Below, piece by piece: positions 9,394 to 18,045 of a stretch of DNA of 47,924 nucleotides. Location of the stretch: assembly GCA_036741755.1 (NCBI GenBank), contig DAINRP010000001.1:1-47924 (forward strand), in the 5' to 3' direction. The notes beneath the pieces are model-generated. The model was not told the DNA's origin. It made no database searches and was given only the letters and a program-made list of their open reading frames with translations. This DNA is from Gemmatimonadales bacterium. GTDB taxonomy: Bacteria; Gemmatimonadota; Gemmatimonadetes; Gemmatimonadales; GWC2-71-9. A program made the position numbers and the translations under genes. Each line of letters starts with the position of its first letter. Positions within the stretch are counted from its first letter, which is position 1.

Positions 9394-10643
9394 TGGCCCG
9401 CGTGCGCGTCCTACTCGTCGCCGCGATGATCGCCGCACTCCCGGCGATAACGGCTGCGCAGACCATCGCCATCACCGGCGGAACGGTCTATCCGGTCTCC
9501 GGCCCGAAGCTCGAGCATGCGACCGTCCTGATCCGCGACGGCCGCATCCTCGACGTCGGCACCAGCGTCACCATTCCGGGCGATGCCACCAGGATCGATG
9601 CCACCGGGAAATGGGTCACGCCCGGGCTCATGCATGCGAACACGACGCTTGGGCTGCAGCAGGTCGGCTCGGTGGATGCCACGAACGAAGCGAATCATGC
9701 CGGCGACATCAACGCCGCCTTCAATGTGGCCGAGGGCATCGACCCCGCGACTCCGCTGATTGCCATCGCGCGGCTGGAAGGGGTCACCACCGCAGTTACC
9801 GGCCCGTCATCCGGACTGGTGGCCGGGCAGTCGGTGCTGATCGACCTGCTGGGCGACCGGATCGAATCAATGGTCGCTCGCTCCCCGCTCGCGATGGTCA
9901 TCAACCTGAGTGAATCCAGCAAGAGTGCGGGGGGCGGCAGCAGGGCCGGCGTGCTGGAGGCGCTCCGGCGGCTGTTCACCGATGCGCAGGAATATGACCG
10001 GAGGAAAGCCGACTTCCGGAAGAACCAGATGCAGGCGCTTTCCGCCAGCGCTGCGAACCTGGAAGCTCTGGGGCCAGTGCTGCGGGGAGAACTGCCGGTG
10101 GTAATCGACGCCAATCGGCAAAGCGACATCGCGAGCGCACTTCGGCTGGCCCGCGAGTTCCGGCTCAAGTTGATCATTCGCGGCGGCGTGGAGGCGTGGA
10201 AGCTGGCCGGAGAACTGGCCGCGGCCAACGTGCCGGTGGTCCTCAATCCGATCGACGACATTCCGAGTTTCGACGGACCCGGCGCCCGCTTCGACGCGGC
10301 CACGCTGCTGCAGCGCGCTGGGGTATCGGTCGTCCTCACGGAGAGCCAGAGCGGCGGTCCCAGGAACCTGCGCTGGTCCGCCGGGCACGCCGTCCGCTTC
10401 GGCATGTCGTGGGATGCCGCCCTCGCGGCGATCACCCTGGCGCCAGCCCGCGCCTTCGGAGCGGATGATCGTTACGGATCTTTGGAGCGTGGCAAGGTCG
10501 CGAATGTCGTGGTATGGTCGGCGGACCCGCTCGACTTTGCGTCTCACGCGGATCACGTCTTCATCCGTGGCATCGAGATCCCCTATACCAGCCGGCAGAC
10601 CGAGTTGCTGGAACGCTACCGGAAGCTGCCTCCATCCTACTAG
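9390..10643 (+). CDS. Amidohydrolase-superfamily paralog with a degenerate HxH motif, secreted
   Basis: ATGA overlap with the upstream gene. Signal peptide LLVAAMIAALPAITAAQ. GKWVTPGLMHANTTLG has H-A-N where HxH is expected. C-terminus is GSLERGKVANVVVWSADP. Confidence 0.8.
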   Translation: MMARVRVLLVAAMIAALPAITAAQTIAITGGTVYPVSGPKLEHATVLIRDGRILDVGTSVTIPGDATRIDATGKWVTPGLMHANTTLGLQQVGSVDATNEANHAGDINAAFNVAEGIDPATPLIAIARLEGVTTAVTGPSSGLVAGQSVLIDLLGDRIESMVARSPLAMVINLSESSKSAGGGSRAGVLEALRRLFTDAQEYDRRKADFRKNQMQALSASAANLEALGPVLRGELPVVIDANRQSDIASALRLAREFRLKLIIRGGVEAWKLAGELAAANVPVVLNPIDDIPSFDGPGARFDAATLLQRAGVSVVLTESQSGGPRNLRWSAGHAVRFGMSWDAALAAITLAPARAFGADDRYGSLERGKVANVVVWSADPLDFASHADHVFIRGIEIPYTSRQTELLERYRKLPPSY

Positions 10644-10669
10644 GAGTCGACGTAGCCCCTGACGAGCGA

Positions 10670-10700
10670 AACGCCCCTCGGGCGGATGCCGGGGGGCGTT
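10670..10700. terminator. Stem-loop between convergent genes (possible bidirectional terminator)
   Basis: aacgcccc (10670..10677) pairs perfectly with ggggcgtt (10693..10700). It lies between the amidohydrolase stop (10643) and the stop of the minus-strand coiled-coil gene (10738). There is no strong U-tract. Confidence 0.4.
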
Positions 10701-10737
10701 CTCACATACGGTGATCAGGGGGCTTTCCTGAGGACGT

Positions 10738-11079
10738 TTACTTCACCACCTCTGACTCCCCGGTCTGGGCACTCGCGGGTGGCGGCGAATCGCTCACCGT
10801 CACCGACTCCCCCTTGGTGGCGGCCATCTCTCGCTCGACCCGCGCAATGGAGGCGTCGTGGGCATCCATGCGCTGAAGCCAGGCGTCCAGTTCCGTCTGC
10901 TCGATGGTCCGGCCGCGTTCCCGCTGGTGGAACAGGTAGCCGAGTTTCCTGGCCGCCTCATCCCGCTCCCTCTGCAGCCGAAAGCGTTCCAGCTGGAGCT
11001 TGCCCTCATCGAGCGCCTGTTGGGCCCGCTTCCCGAACGTCTCGAGTTCCCGGTTCAGGGCATCAAAGATTCCGGCCAT
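10738..11079 (-). CDS. Small coiled-coil protein of unknown function
   Basis: MAGIFDALNRELETFGKRAQQALDEGKLQLERFRLQRERDEAARKLGYLFHQRERG... is heptad-like and charged, with high GC3. The ATG at 11079 is preferred over the GTG at 11085 used by the track. I recognise no family. Confidence 0.6.
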   Translation of the reverse strand: MAGIFDALNRELETFGKRAQQALDEGKLQLERFRLQRERDEAARKLGYLFHQRERGRTIEQTELDAWLQRMDAHDASIARVEREMAATKGESVTVSDSPPPASAQTGESEVVK

Positions 11080-11165
11080 ACACACCCCTTGGCATCAGGT
11101 CAGCTGAATCTAACGCAGGCATGGCCGAGCATGTTTCACTGTGGGCGACCAGGAGCAAAAAGAAA

Positions 11166-11198
11166 AGGGCCGGAGAGATCTCCGGCCCCGCACTCCGA
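11166..11198 (-). terminator. Rho-independent terminator of the rplU-rpmA operon
   Basis: gggccggag (11177..11185) pairs perfectly with ctccggccc (11190..11198) across a 4-nt loop. On the minus strand it is followed by a U-rich tract (plus-strand caaaaagaaaa, 11166..11176). It lies 15 nt downstream of the rpmA stop. Confidence 0.8.
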
Positions 11199-11212
11199 TA
11201 TCGCTCCGAACC

Positions 11213-11488
11213 TCAGCTCGCGGTCACAGCGGCCTCAGCCGGATACACGGACACCTTCATCCGCTTCTTGTCCTTGTGCTCGAACTTGACCACCCCATCC
11301 ACGAGCGCGAAGAGGGTGTGGTCGTTGCCGAGACCGACATTCCTGCCGGGATGGAACTTGGTCCCGCGCTGACGCACGATGATGTTGCCCGCGATCACCT
11401 GCTCGCCACCGTAATGCTTGACGCCAAGGTACTGCGGATTCGAATCGCGGCCGTTGCGGCTGGAGCCGACGCCCTTTTTATGAGCCAT
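11213..11488 (-). CDS. rpmA: 50S ribosomal protein L27
   Basis: [48 protein letters not shown] is the canonical L27 N-terminus. Confidence 0.98.
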   Translation of the reverse strand: MAHKKGVGSSRNGRDSNPQYLGVKHYGGEQVIAGNIIVRQRGTKFHPGRNVGLGNDHTLFALVDGVVKFEHKDKKRMKVSVYPAEAAVTAS

Positions 11489-11495
11489 GGTATCC

Positions 11496-11810
11496 TCAGA
11501 CCGTCACTTCGGTGATACGCACCGCGGTGTACTTCTGGCGGTGGCCGGTCTTCCGGCGGTAGTTCTTCCGGCGCTTGAACTTCCAGACGTAGATCTTGAT
11601 CCCCTTGGCCAGCCCGATGACCTCGGCGGTGACCTTGGCGCCCTTCACGAGCGGAGTGCCCGCCTTGACGGTGGTCCCGTCAGAAGACAGCAACACTTCA
11701 CCAAAGGTCAGGGTGCTCCCCGGGACCGCATCGTCCATCAGCGGAATCTGGAGAGTCATCCCCTTCTCGGCTCGGAACTGCTTTCCGCCTGCGCGGATAA
11801 TCGCGTACAT
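11496..11810 (-). CDS. rplU: 50S ribosomal protein L21
   Basis: [17 protein letters not shown]...[19 protein letters not shown] is the canonical L21 sequence. It lies immediately upstream of rpmA. Confidence 0.97.
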   Translation of the reverse strand: MYAIIRAGGKQFRAEKGMTLQIPLMDDAVPGSTLTFGEVLLSSDGTTVKAGTPLVKGAKVTAEVIGLAKGIKIYVWKFKRRKNYRRKTGHRQKYTAVRITEVTV

Positions 11811-11892
11811 ATGGGACTCGTGGTCGAAAAGACTGGCCTCAAGAGCCCGTAACTGTAGCCGCGGGCAGGGGTTTCGGCAAGGGGCTGGGGAG

Positions 11893-13536
11893 CTACGCTA
11901 CCGCGTAAAGATCGGTGACGTCCCGACCCCCCGGCCGGCTCATCAGTCGGAACTCGTCCACCCGCATCATCGGGTCGTCCCGGAGCTCCAGCTCCAGTCC
12001 GGTCATCTTGCCGAGGGTGTGGATCAGCTTCGGTTCCTCCTCGAGGAGGTACAGTGCCACCTCGGGATGCACCCGGACCGCCAGCTGCCGTTCCCGCCGC
12101 TCCCGCCCTGCCCGCTTGAGGGTCCGTTCCAGGCGCCTGGCGATGACCTCGGGCGTGAAGACCCGGCCGGTACCGCCGCAGGCGGGGCATTCGGCGGTCA
12201 TCGAGTGCCACAGCGAGGGCCGGACCCGCTGCCGGGTCATCTCGATCAAGCCGAGTTCCGAGACGGCGAACGCCTTGGTGCGCGCCCGGTCACGACCCAG
12301 GTGTTGCCGCAGTTCCTGCAGCACCCGCTCGCGATTCGTCCGGGTCTCCATGTCGATGAAGTCGCAGACGATGATGCCACCGATATCGCGCAGGCGGATC
12401 TGTCGGGCGATCTCGCGCGCGGCCTCCAGATTGGTCTTTAGGATCGTCTTCTCGGGATCGCGCTTGCCGGTGTAGCGGCCGGTATTGACGTCAATCGAAA
12501 CCAGCGCCTCGGTCGGCTGAATGATGATGTAGCCGCCCGTGGGGAGATCGCACCGCGCCTTGAACAGGTCGCGGATCTCGTTTTCGATGTCGAACTTGTC
12601 GAAGACCGGGACGTTCTCGCTGTACAGATTGACCCGGTCGACCAGCTCAGGGTCCACCTGCTTCAGGTAGAGCTCGATCTCATTGTAGAGTTCCTTCGAG
12701 TCAACCTGGAGGGAGTCGACCTTGGCGCTGAAGAGATCGCGAATGATGCCGCGCGTCAGCGAAGTCTCCCGCTGCACGAGCGCGGGGGCACGGACGAAGG
12801 TCTTCTTGCGGTTGATCTTCTTCCAGAGTCCGAGGAGTCCCTCGACTTCCCGCTGGACGTGCTCCTCGGTGACCCCTTCAGCCACGGTGCGGACGATCAT
12901 GCCGCCGGCATCCTTCGGCAGGTAGGTCGCCACCATTTCGCGGAGTTTGCTGCGGAGTTCCTTGCTTTCGATCTTCCGGCTCACGCCTACCTTGGAGGCG
13001 TAGGGCATGTAGACCAGGAAGCGGCCCGGAAGGGAGATCTGCGCCGTGACCCGGCAGCCCTTGGTGGAGATGGGCTCCTTGGTCACCTGCACGAGGAGGG
13101 TCTGCCCCTTCTTGACGATATCCGAGATGTCGGGAAGCGCCCGGCGGGACCGGACCTCCCGCTGGCGTGGTTCGCTCGCGACGGCGGCCTCACCGCCCCG
13201 GCGGCCGCGACCCCGGCCCTTGCCTTCGCCTTCCTCGGCACCCTCGATCTCCGCGGCTTCTTCGAAGGCGTCATCGCCCTCCTCGCCGGTCGGTTCCTCG
13301 TCCTCTTCAGGCTCGAGCAGATCGGACGCGTGGAGAAAGGCGCTCTTCTCCAGCCCGATGTCGACGAAGGCGGCCTGAATCCCCGGAAGGACGGCTTCGA
13401 CCTTGCCCAGGTAGATGTCGCCGACGATGCGGCGGTGATCCTGGCGGTCCACCAGGAGTTCCACGAGGCGGTCGTCCTCGAGAATTGCCACGCGGGTCTC
13501 CCGCTGGCTCCCGTTGATCAGAATTTCGCGCTTCAC
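11893..13536 (-). CDS. rng: Rne/Rng-family ribonuclease (RNase G/E catalytic domain only)
   Basis: GTG start. MKREILINGSQRETRVAILEDDRLVELLVDR....VGDIYLGKVEAVLPGIQAAFVDIG..KSAFLH is an S1 domain, and the RNase E/G core includes CPACGGTGRV (Zn-link). 547 aa, with no C-terminal scaffold region. Confidence 0.92.
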   Translation of the reverse strand: MKREILINGSQRETRVAILEDDRLVELLVDRQDHRRIVGDIYLGKVEAVLPGIQAAFVDIGLEKSAFLHASDLLEPEEDEEPTGEEGDDAFEEAAEIEGAEEGEGKGRGRGRRGGEAAVASEPRQREVRSRRALPDISDIVKKGQTLLVQVTKEPISTKGCRVTAQISLPGRFLVYMPYASKVGVSRKIESKELRSKLREMVATYLPKDAGGMIVRTVAEGVTEEHVQREVEGLLGLWKKINRKKTFVRAPALVQRETSLTRGIIRDLFSAKVDSLQVDSKELYNEIELYLKQVDPELVDRVNLYSENVPVFDKFDIENEIRDLFKARCDLPTGGYIIIQPTEALVSIDVNTGRYTGKRDPEKTILKTNLEAAREIARQIRLRDIGGIIVCDFIDMETRTNRERVLQELRQHLGRDRARTKAFAVSELGLIEMTRQRVRPSLWHSMTAECPACGGTGRVFTPEVIARRLERTLKRAGRERRERQLAVRVHPEVALYLLEEEPKLIHTLGKMTGLELELRDDPMMRVDEFRLMSRPGGRDVTDLYAVA

Positions 13537-14018
13537 GCGTGCGAACCTCGGCCGGAGGCGCCAAGACCCGTCCGGCGCCTATGCGCCGAGGATCCGCGTG
13601 TCCGGTCAAAAAAGTCTGGAGCCCGGCGGTCGGGTTGGCGCGGGTCATAGACCTGCGCCCTGACCACCGGGACTGCCCCGCGACCGACCATTCGGTCGCC
13701 TGGGACGTGGAATTGGGATACGATCCTGCGGAATGCCGTTCGGCCCCGGCGCGAGGAGCGCTTGGGTGCCCGGCACCACCGGTCTTCCTGCGGCGAAGCT
13801 GATCCACTACTGGCGGGACGACCGCTGGAGCGCGCCGTCCCACGATACGCGGCCGGGCACCGAGGAGCCGTCCCCCCAGAAGGAGAACGGCCGCCACGGG
13901 AGCGTACCAATTGCCCAGCCAATTCAGAGGCATGGGCTAAAGATAGGATTGGCTGGGGGTTAGAGCAACAGGCGATCCGGGAAGGAGCGGTTCGGGATCA
14001 CCGCCCCTCACGGTTTCT

Positions 14019-15242
14019 TCAGCTGGCGATCTCGCCCAGGATCTGCCGCGCGATGACGATACGCTGGATTTCGCTCGTCCCTTCTCCGATTTCGCAGACC
14101 TTGGCGTCCCTCATCATCCGCTCGACCGGATACTCCGTGGTATAACCGTATCCGCCGAATATCTGCACTGCCCTGGTGGTGGCCCGCATCGCCAGTTCGG
14201 AGCAGAAGAGCTTGGCCATCGCCGCCTCCTTCTTGAACGGCTTGCCATTCTGCTTGAGCCAGGCGGCGTGGTACAGGAGATGAGTCCCCGCCTCGATTTC
14301 GGTCGCCATGTCCGCGAGCTGGAAACTCACGCCCTGGAAGCTGCCGATCGGCTTGCCGAACTGCTTCCGGATGCCGGCGTACCGCAACGCTTCCTCATAC
14401 GCGCCTTCGGCGATGCCAAGGGAGAGCGCCGCGATGCCGATCCGGCCGCCGTCGAGGGTCTTCAAGAAGTTGATGAACCCCTGTCCCGGGGCCCCGAGGA
14501 TGTTCTCCTTGGGCACCACCGCGTCTTCGAAGATCAGCTCGCGGGTGTCGCTGGCACGCCAGCCCATCTTGTCTTCCTTCTTGCCCGCGCGGAAACCCCT
14601 GATTCGCGGCAGGCTCTCCTCGTGACCGACCCCAACCGCACGACAGGTCTCGAGGTCACAGGTCTCCTTGGTCAGAATGAAGCTCGTAATGCCCTTGTTC
14701 CCCTTGCCGGGCTCAGTGCGCGCGGTCGCCACAAAGATCTCGCCGACGCCGGCGTGGGTGATGAAGATCTTGGCACCGTTGAGGAGATAGTGGTCGCCCT
14801 TGTCGACGGCGGTCGTCGCCGTGCCGCCCGCATCACTCCCCGCCCCGGGCTCGGTCAGCCCGAAGCCCCCCAGTACCTTGCCCGAGGCGAGGAGCGGCAC
14901 GTAGCGCTGCTTCTGCTCGGCGGTTCCGAAGTCCACGATCGGCGAAGTACCGAGGTTGGTGTGCGCGCTGATGGTGAGCGCGTGGCTGGCATCGGTCTTC
15001 GCCAGTTCGTGGATCGTGATATAGTAGGAAAGCTGATCCATGCCTGCGCCGCCGAGCTCCTCCGGCCACGGCACGCCCAGCAGGCCGAGGTCTCCCATCT
15101 TGCGGACGTTTTCCCAGGGGAAGGCGGAGGTGCGGTCGAGTTCGCGGGCCACCGGGGCAACCTCGGTCCGGGCGAATTCGCGCACCATGTCGCGGACCTG
15201 AAGATGCTGCTCGGAGAAGTAGAGCGAGAGATCCATGGTCAA
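14019..15242 (-). CDS. Acyl-CoA dehydrogenase (short/medium-chain type)
   Basis: 407 aa. Contains GLTEPGAGSDAGG, GKKEDKMGWRASDTRELIFED, and the C-terminal QIFGGYGYTTEYPVERMMRDAKVCEIGEGTSEIQRIVIAR. Confidence 0.93.
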   Translation of the reverse strand: MTMDLSLYFSEQHLQVRDMVREFARTEVAPVARELDRTSAFPWENVRKMGDLGLLGVPWPEELGGAGMDQLSYYITIHELAKTDASHALTISAHTNLGTSPIVDFGTAEQKQRYVPLLASGKVLGGFGLTEPGAGSDAGGTATTAVDKGDHYLLNGAKIFITHAGVGEIFVATARTEPGKGNKGITSFILTKETCDLETCRAVGVGHEESLPRIRGFRAGKKEDKMGWRASDTRELIFEDAVVPKENILGAPGQGFINFLKTLDGGRIGIAALSLGIAEGAYEEALRYAGIRKQFGKPIGSFQGVSFQLADMATEIEAGTHLLYHAAWLKQNGKPFKKEAAMAKLFCSELAMRATTRAVQIFGGYGYTTEYPVERMMRDAKVCEIGEGTSEIQRIVIARQILGEIAS

Positions 15243-15277
15243 GACTCGATCGAGGGGTTGGGAAGAGTGGCGGAGAA

Positions 15278-15283
15278 TATAAT
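15278..15283 (+). promoter_or_regulatory. Candidate -10 box (TATAAT) for the sugar dehydrogenase gene
   Basis: A perfect TATAAT sits in the lowest-GC part of the divergent 106-nt intergenic region, about 65 nt upstream of the ATG at 15349. I found no convincing -35 element at 17-nt spacing. Confidence 0.3.
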
Positions 15284-15348
15284 CAGGCGTCTTCGACCGG
15301 CGCCTCGTTTATCTTTATGCACCTCACAGCGCAGCCAGGGCACTCGAC

Positions 15349-16530
15349 ATGACGACCTTCATCGGCGGCTCGACGGTTCGACCACTCGGACTCATAGGCC
15401 TCGCCATCCTCGTTGCCGCATGCGGTGATTCCACCGCACCGCGCAGCCCGATCAGCGCGCTTGCGCTCGTGCCGGTCGATAGCGGCTTCGATTTTTCGGT
15501 GTTTGTCGCGGGTCCCCCGGGCGACGCGTCCCGGCTGATGATCGTGGAGCGCGGCGGCCGGATCCTCCTGCGAAAGAACGGGGTGCGACAGGATTCCGCC
15601 TTCCTCAACCTCACCGGCCTCACCAATCCTTCCACTGGCGAGTATGGCGTCTACAGTATCGCCTTTCACCCCAACTATGCGGCCAATCGGCGGCTCTTCG
15701 TCTACTACGCGGACCTGAACGGGGACAGTCAGCTCGCCGAGTTCCAGGCGGACGCGAGCTTTGACCACGCGATCCCCGCCAGCCGAACCACAATCCTGAG
15801 CCAGACCCAGGATTCGGAGAGCGTGCTGTATGGCGGGCTGATCAGCTTTGGACCGGACGGCAAGCTGTATCTCGGTCTGGGCGACGGGAGCCCGACCGAC
15901 TCGGTGCTCTTCACCGCGCAGGACAGCGCGTCGCTCCTGGGCAAGATCCTGAGGCTCGACGTCGACGGGGTTGCGCCCTACACGATCCCGGCGGACAACC
16001 CGTATGTGGGCCGGCCGGGCTGGCGGGGAGAGATCTGGCAGCTCGGGCTCCGAAATCCATGGCGCTGGAGCTTCGACCGGGCGAACGGTGAGCTCTGGAT
16101 CGCCGACGTGGGGGAAGACCTCTGGGAGGAGATCGACTACCTGCCAACCCCGGTCGTCGGCGGCAACAATTTCGGCTGGCCGTTTGTTGAAGGCACACAC
16201 TGCTTCGTGCCGGCCGTGGGGTGCGTCACCACGGGGCTGGTGCTGCCGGTCATCGAGTACGCCCACAGCCCGTCCTGCGCGGTCACCGGAGGGTACGTGT
16301 ACCGCGGCAGAAAATATCCGGACCTCCGGGGCACCTATTTCTACGGCGACTACTGCACCGGGTTCATCCGCAGCGTCCGCAGCAGCACCGGGACTCCTGT
16401 CCCCGTCTACACCCCACTCTCCCCTCCCCTCACGAACGACAACATCGTGTCATTCGGCGAGGATGCCGATGGAGAGGTCTATGTGGTCATGGCGTCGGGA
16501 CGGGTGTACCGGATCGCGCTGGTAAGTTAG
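15349..16530 (+). CDS. PQQ-dependent sugar (glucose/sorbosone) dehydrogenase family beta-propeller lipoprotein
   Basis: Lipobox ILVAAC. Contains GLISFGPDGKLYLGLGDGS, LGKILRLDVDG, IWQLGLRNPWRWSFD...GELWIADVGEDLWEEI and NFGWP, all typical of the GSDH/HHIP-like family. Confidence 0.85.
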   Translation: MTTFIGGSTVRPLGLIGLAILVAACGDSTAPRSPISALALVPVDSGFDFSVFVAGPPGDASRLMIVERGGRILLRKNGVRQDSAFLNLTGLTNPSTGEYGVYSIAFHPNYAANRRLFVYYADLNGDSQLAEFQADASFDHAIPASRTTILSQTQDSESVLYGGLISFGPDGKLYLGLGDGSPTDSVLFTAQDSASLLGKILRLDVDGVAPYTIPADNPYVGRPGWRGEIWQLGLRNPWRWSFDRANGELWIADVGEDLWEEIDYLPTPVVGGNNFGWPFVEGTHCFVPAVGCVTTGLVLPVIEYAHSPSCAVTGGYVYRGRKYPDLRGTYFYGDYCTGFIRSVRSSTGTPVPVYTPLSPPLTNDNIVSFGEDADGEVYVVMASGRVYRIALVS

Positions 16531-16554
16531 AGCAGCCGGAGCGCCAGCGACCCG

Positions 16555-17946
16555 CTACCGGCGGAATACGGCGACAATGCGCCGCAGCGGAGCCTGCGCC
16601 CCCGAGCAGACGTCGCAGTTGCCACAGGGCCGAGCCTCCTCCCCGAAGTACGCCAGCAACGCCTGTCGCCGGCAGCGGGCCATGGTGGCGTAGCGTTCGA
16701 CCACCTGCAGCCGATCCGCCGCCGCGGAGCGCCGCCGCGTCACTCGACCCCAATCCACCGCGCCCTGCTCAGGGCAGAGTTCGGCCGCGAGCCGGTCGGC
16801 GGACGCCACGACCCCGGCGGGGTGACGCGCGCGTCGGCCCGGATCGGCCCAGAGCTCCTCGAGCACCTTGCGGGGAGGAAAGGTCACATCGAGCTGGCGG
16901 CGGTGAACCTCCGCGTCAGACACATGATGCAGGAGCACACACCGCCCCGGCTGCCCGTCACGCCCGGCCCGCCCGGATTCCTGATAGTAGGCCTCCGGCG
17001 TCGGGGGCATCCCCCAGTGCACCACCAGCCGCACCCGCGGTGCGTCGATCCCCATGCCAAATGCGGATGTCGCGACGACGACATCGAGTTCTTCAGCCGT
17101 GAACCGTGCCAATACCTCGGCACGGCGCTCCCGAGTGAGCCCGGCATGATAGGAGGCGGACCGGTGGCCGGCGAACCAGAGTGCCTGCGCCACCGCATCG
17201 GCGCTGTTCCGCGTCGGGACGTAGACGATGCTGAGGCCTGGCCGCGGCGCCAGCATCGCGCGCAGCCGCGGCAGCCGTTCGGCGCTGCCCCGGATTCGCT
17301 GCACCTCGAACCGCAGATTGGGACGATCGAACGAACCGAGATGCAGATCATGCTTCCCGTAGCCGAGCGAGCGGGTGATATCCATGCGTACCTCCGGCGT
17401 CGCGCTGCCAGTCAGCGCGACGGTGGGGGGGCGGCTCAGCTCCTCGCGGAAGATCGCCAATTGCCGGTAGCCGGGTCGGAAGTCGTGCCCCCACTCACTG
17501 ATGCAGTGCGCCTCGTCGATCGCGAGCAGGGACGGGCGCTTGTTGAGACGGGCGAGATCGAGGGCGAGTCGCGGCGCGCGCTCGGGAGAGACATAGAGCA
17601 GTCGCATTGAGCCGTCGGCCACCCGGGCGAGGGCAGCCTCCTGATCGGCCGGTGCCTTGAGCGAGTTCAGAGTGTCGGCTGCAACGCCGCGGTGCTGCAG
17701 GGCGGCAACCTGATCCTGCATCAGCGCCAGCAGCGGAGAGATGACGACCGTGAGCCCGCCAAGCACCAGGCCAGGGACCTGAAAGCAGATCGACTTGCCG
17801 CCTCCCGTCGGCAGCACCGCGAGAACATCGCGACCGGCGAGCACCGACTGGACGACACGCCGCTGCAGGGGACGGAAGTCCTGGAAGCCGTAGTGGCCAT
17901 GAAGGAGGCGGCGAGCCTCGGCGATGCGATCAGCGAGTGGGGTCAC
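16555..17946 (-). CDS. recQ: RecQ-family ATP-dependent DNA helicase (short form, no HRDC domain)
   Basis: GTG start. Contains FRPLQRRVVQSVLAGRDVLAVLPTGGGKSICFQVP, DEAHCISEWGHDFRPGY, VATSAFGMGIDAPRVRLVVHW, and the zinc module CRRQALLAYFGEE..PCGNCDVC. Confidence 0.92.
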   Translation of the reverse strand: MTPLADRIAEARRLLHGHYGFQDFRPLQRRVVQSVLAGRDVLAVLPTGGGKSICFQVPGLVLGGLTVVISPLLALMQDQVAALQHRGVAADTLNSLKAPADQEAALARVADGSMRLLYVSPERAPRLALDLARLNKRPSLLAIDEAHCISEWGHDFRPGYRQLAIFREELSRPPTVALTGSATPEVRMDITRSLGYGKHDLHLGSFDRPNLRFEVQRIRGSAERLPRLRAMLAPRPGLSIVYVPTRNSADAVAQALWFAGHRSASYHAGLTRERRAEVLARFTAEELDVVVATSAFGMGIDAPRVRLVVHWGMPPTPEAYYQESGRAGRDGQPGRCVLLHHVSDAEVHRRQLDVTFPPRKVLEELWADPGRRARHPAGVVASADRLAAELCPEQGAVDWGRVTRRRSAAADRLQVVERYATMARCRRQALLAYFGEEARPCGNCDVCSGAQAPLRRIVAVFRR

Positions 17947-18045
17947 CCGGCGAAGCTACCGGGCGGGTCAGGGATGCAGCGGTACGAAACGACGAAGAGC
18001 GGGGCGAGAAACTCCGGGTGGGGCGTGTCCGCAGTCGGAGCGCCC

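Noticed and set aside
11090-11105. TGGCATcaggtcaGC with GG-N10-GC spacing, a possible sigma-54 promoter.
   Set aside because: The -12 region is CAGC rather than TTGC. The element is on the plus strand, facing the 3' end of the minus-strand rpmA with no plus-strand gene to drive.
13307-13933. ORF beginning MPLNWLGNWYAPVAAVLLLGG, a TM-like N-terminus, in the large gap upstream of rng.
   Set aside because: GC3 in the first 20 codons is only about 65%, against about 90% in real genes here. After the hydrophobic start the sequence becomes Arg/Pro/Gly-rich, and it reads 230 nt into rng in another frame. It is probably non-coding, although a very short peptide cannot be excluded.
13951-14000. tRNA-like fragments: GGTTAGAGCA (D-loop-like) and GGTTCGGGATC (T-loop-like).
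   Set aside because: I could not fold an acceptor stem, anticodon stem or T stem around them, and the flanks are not complementary. The resemblance looks like chance.
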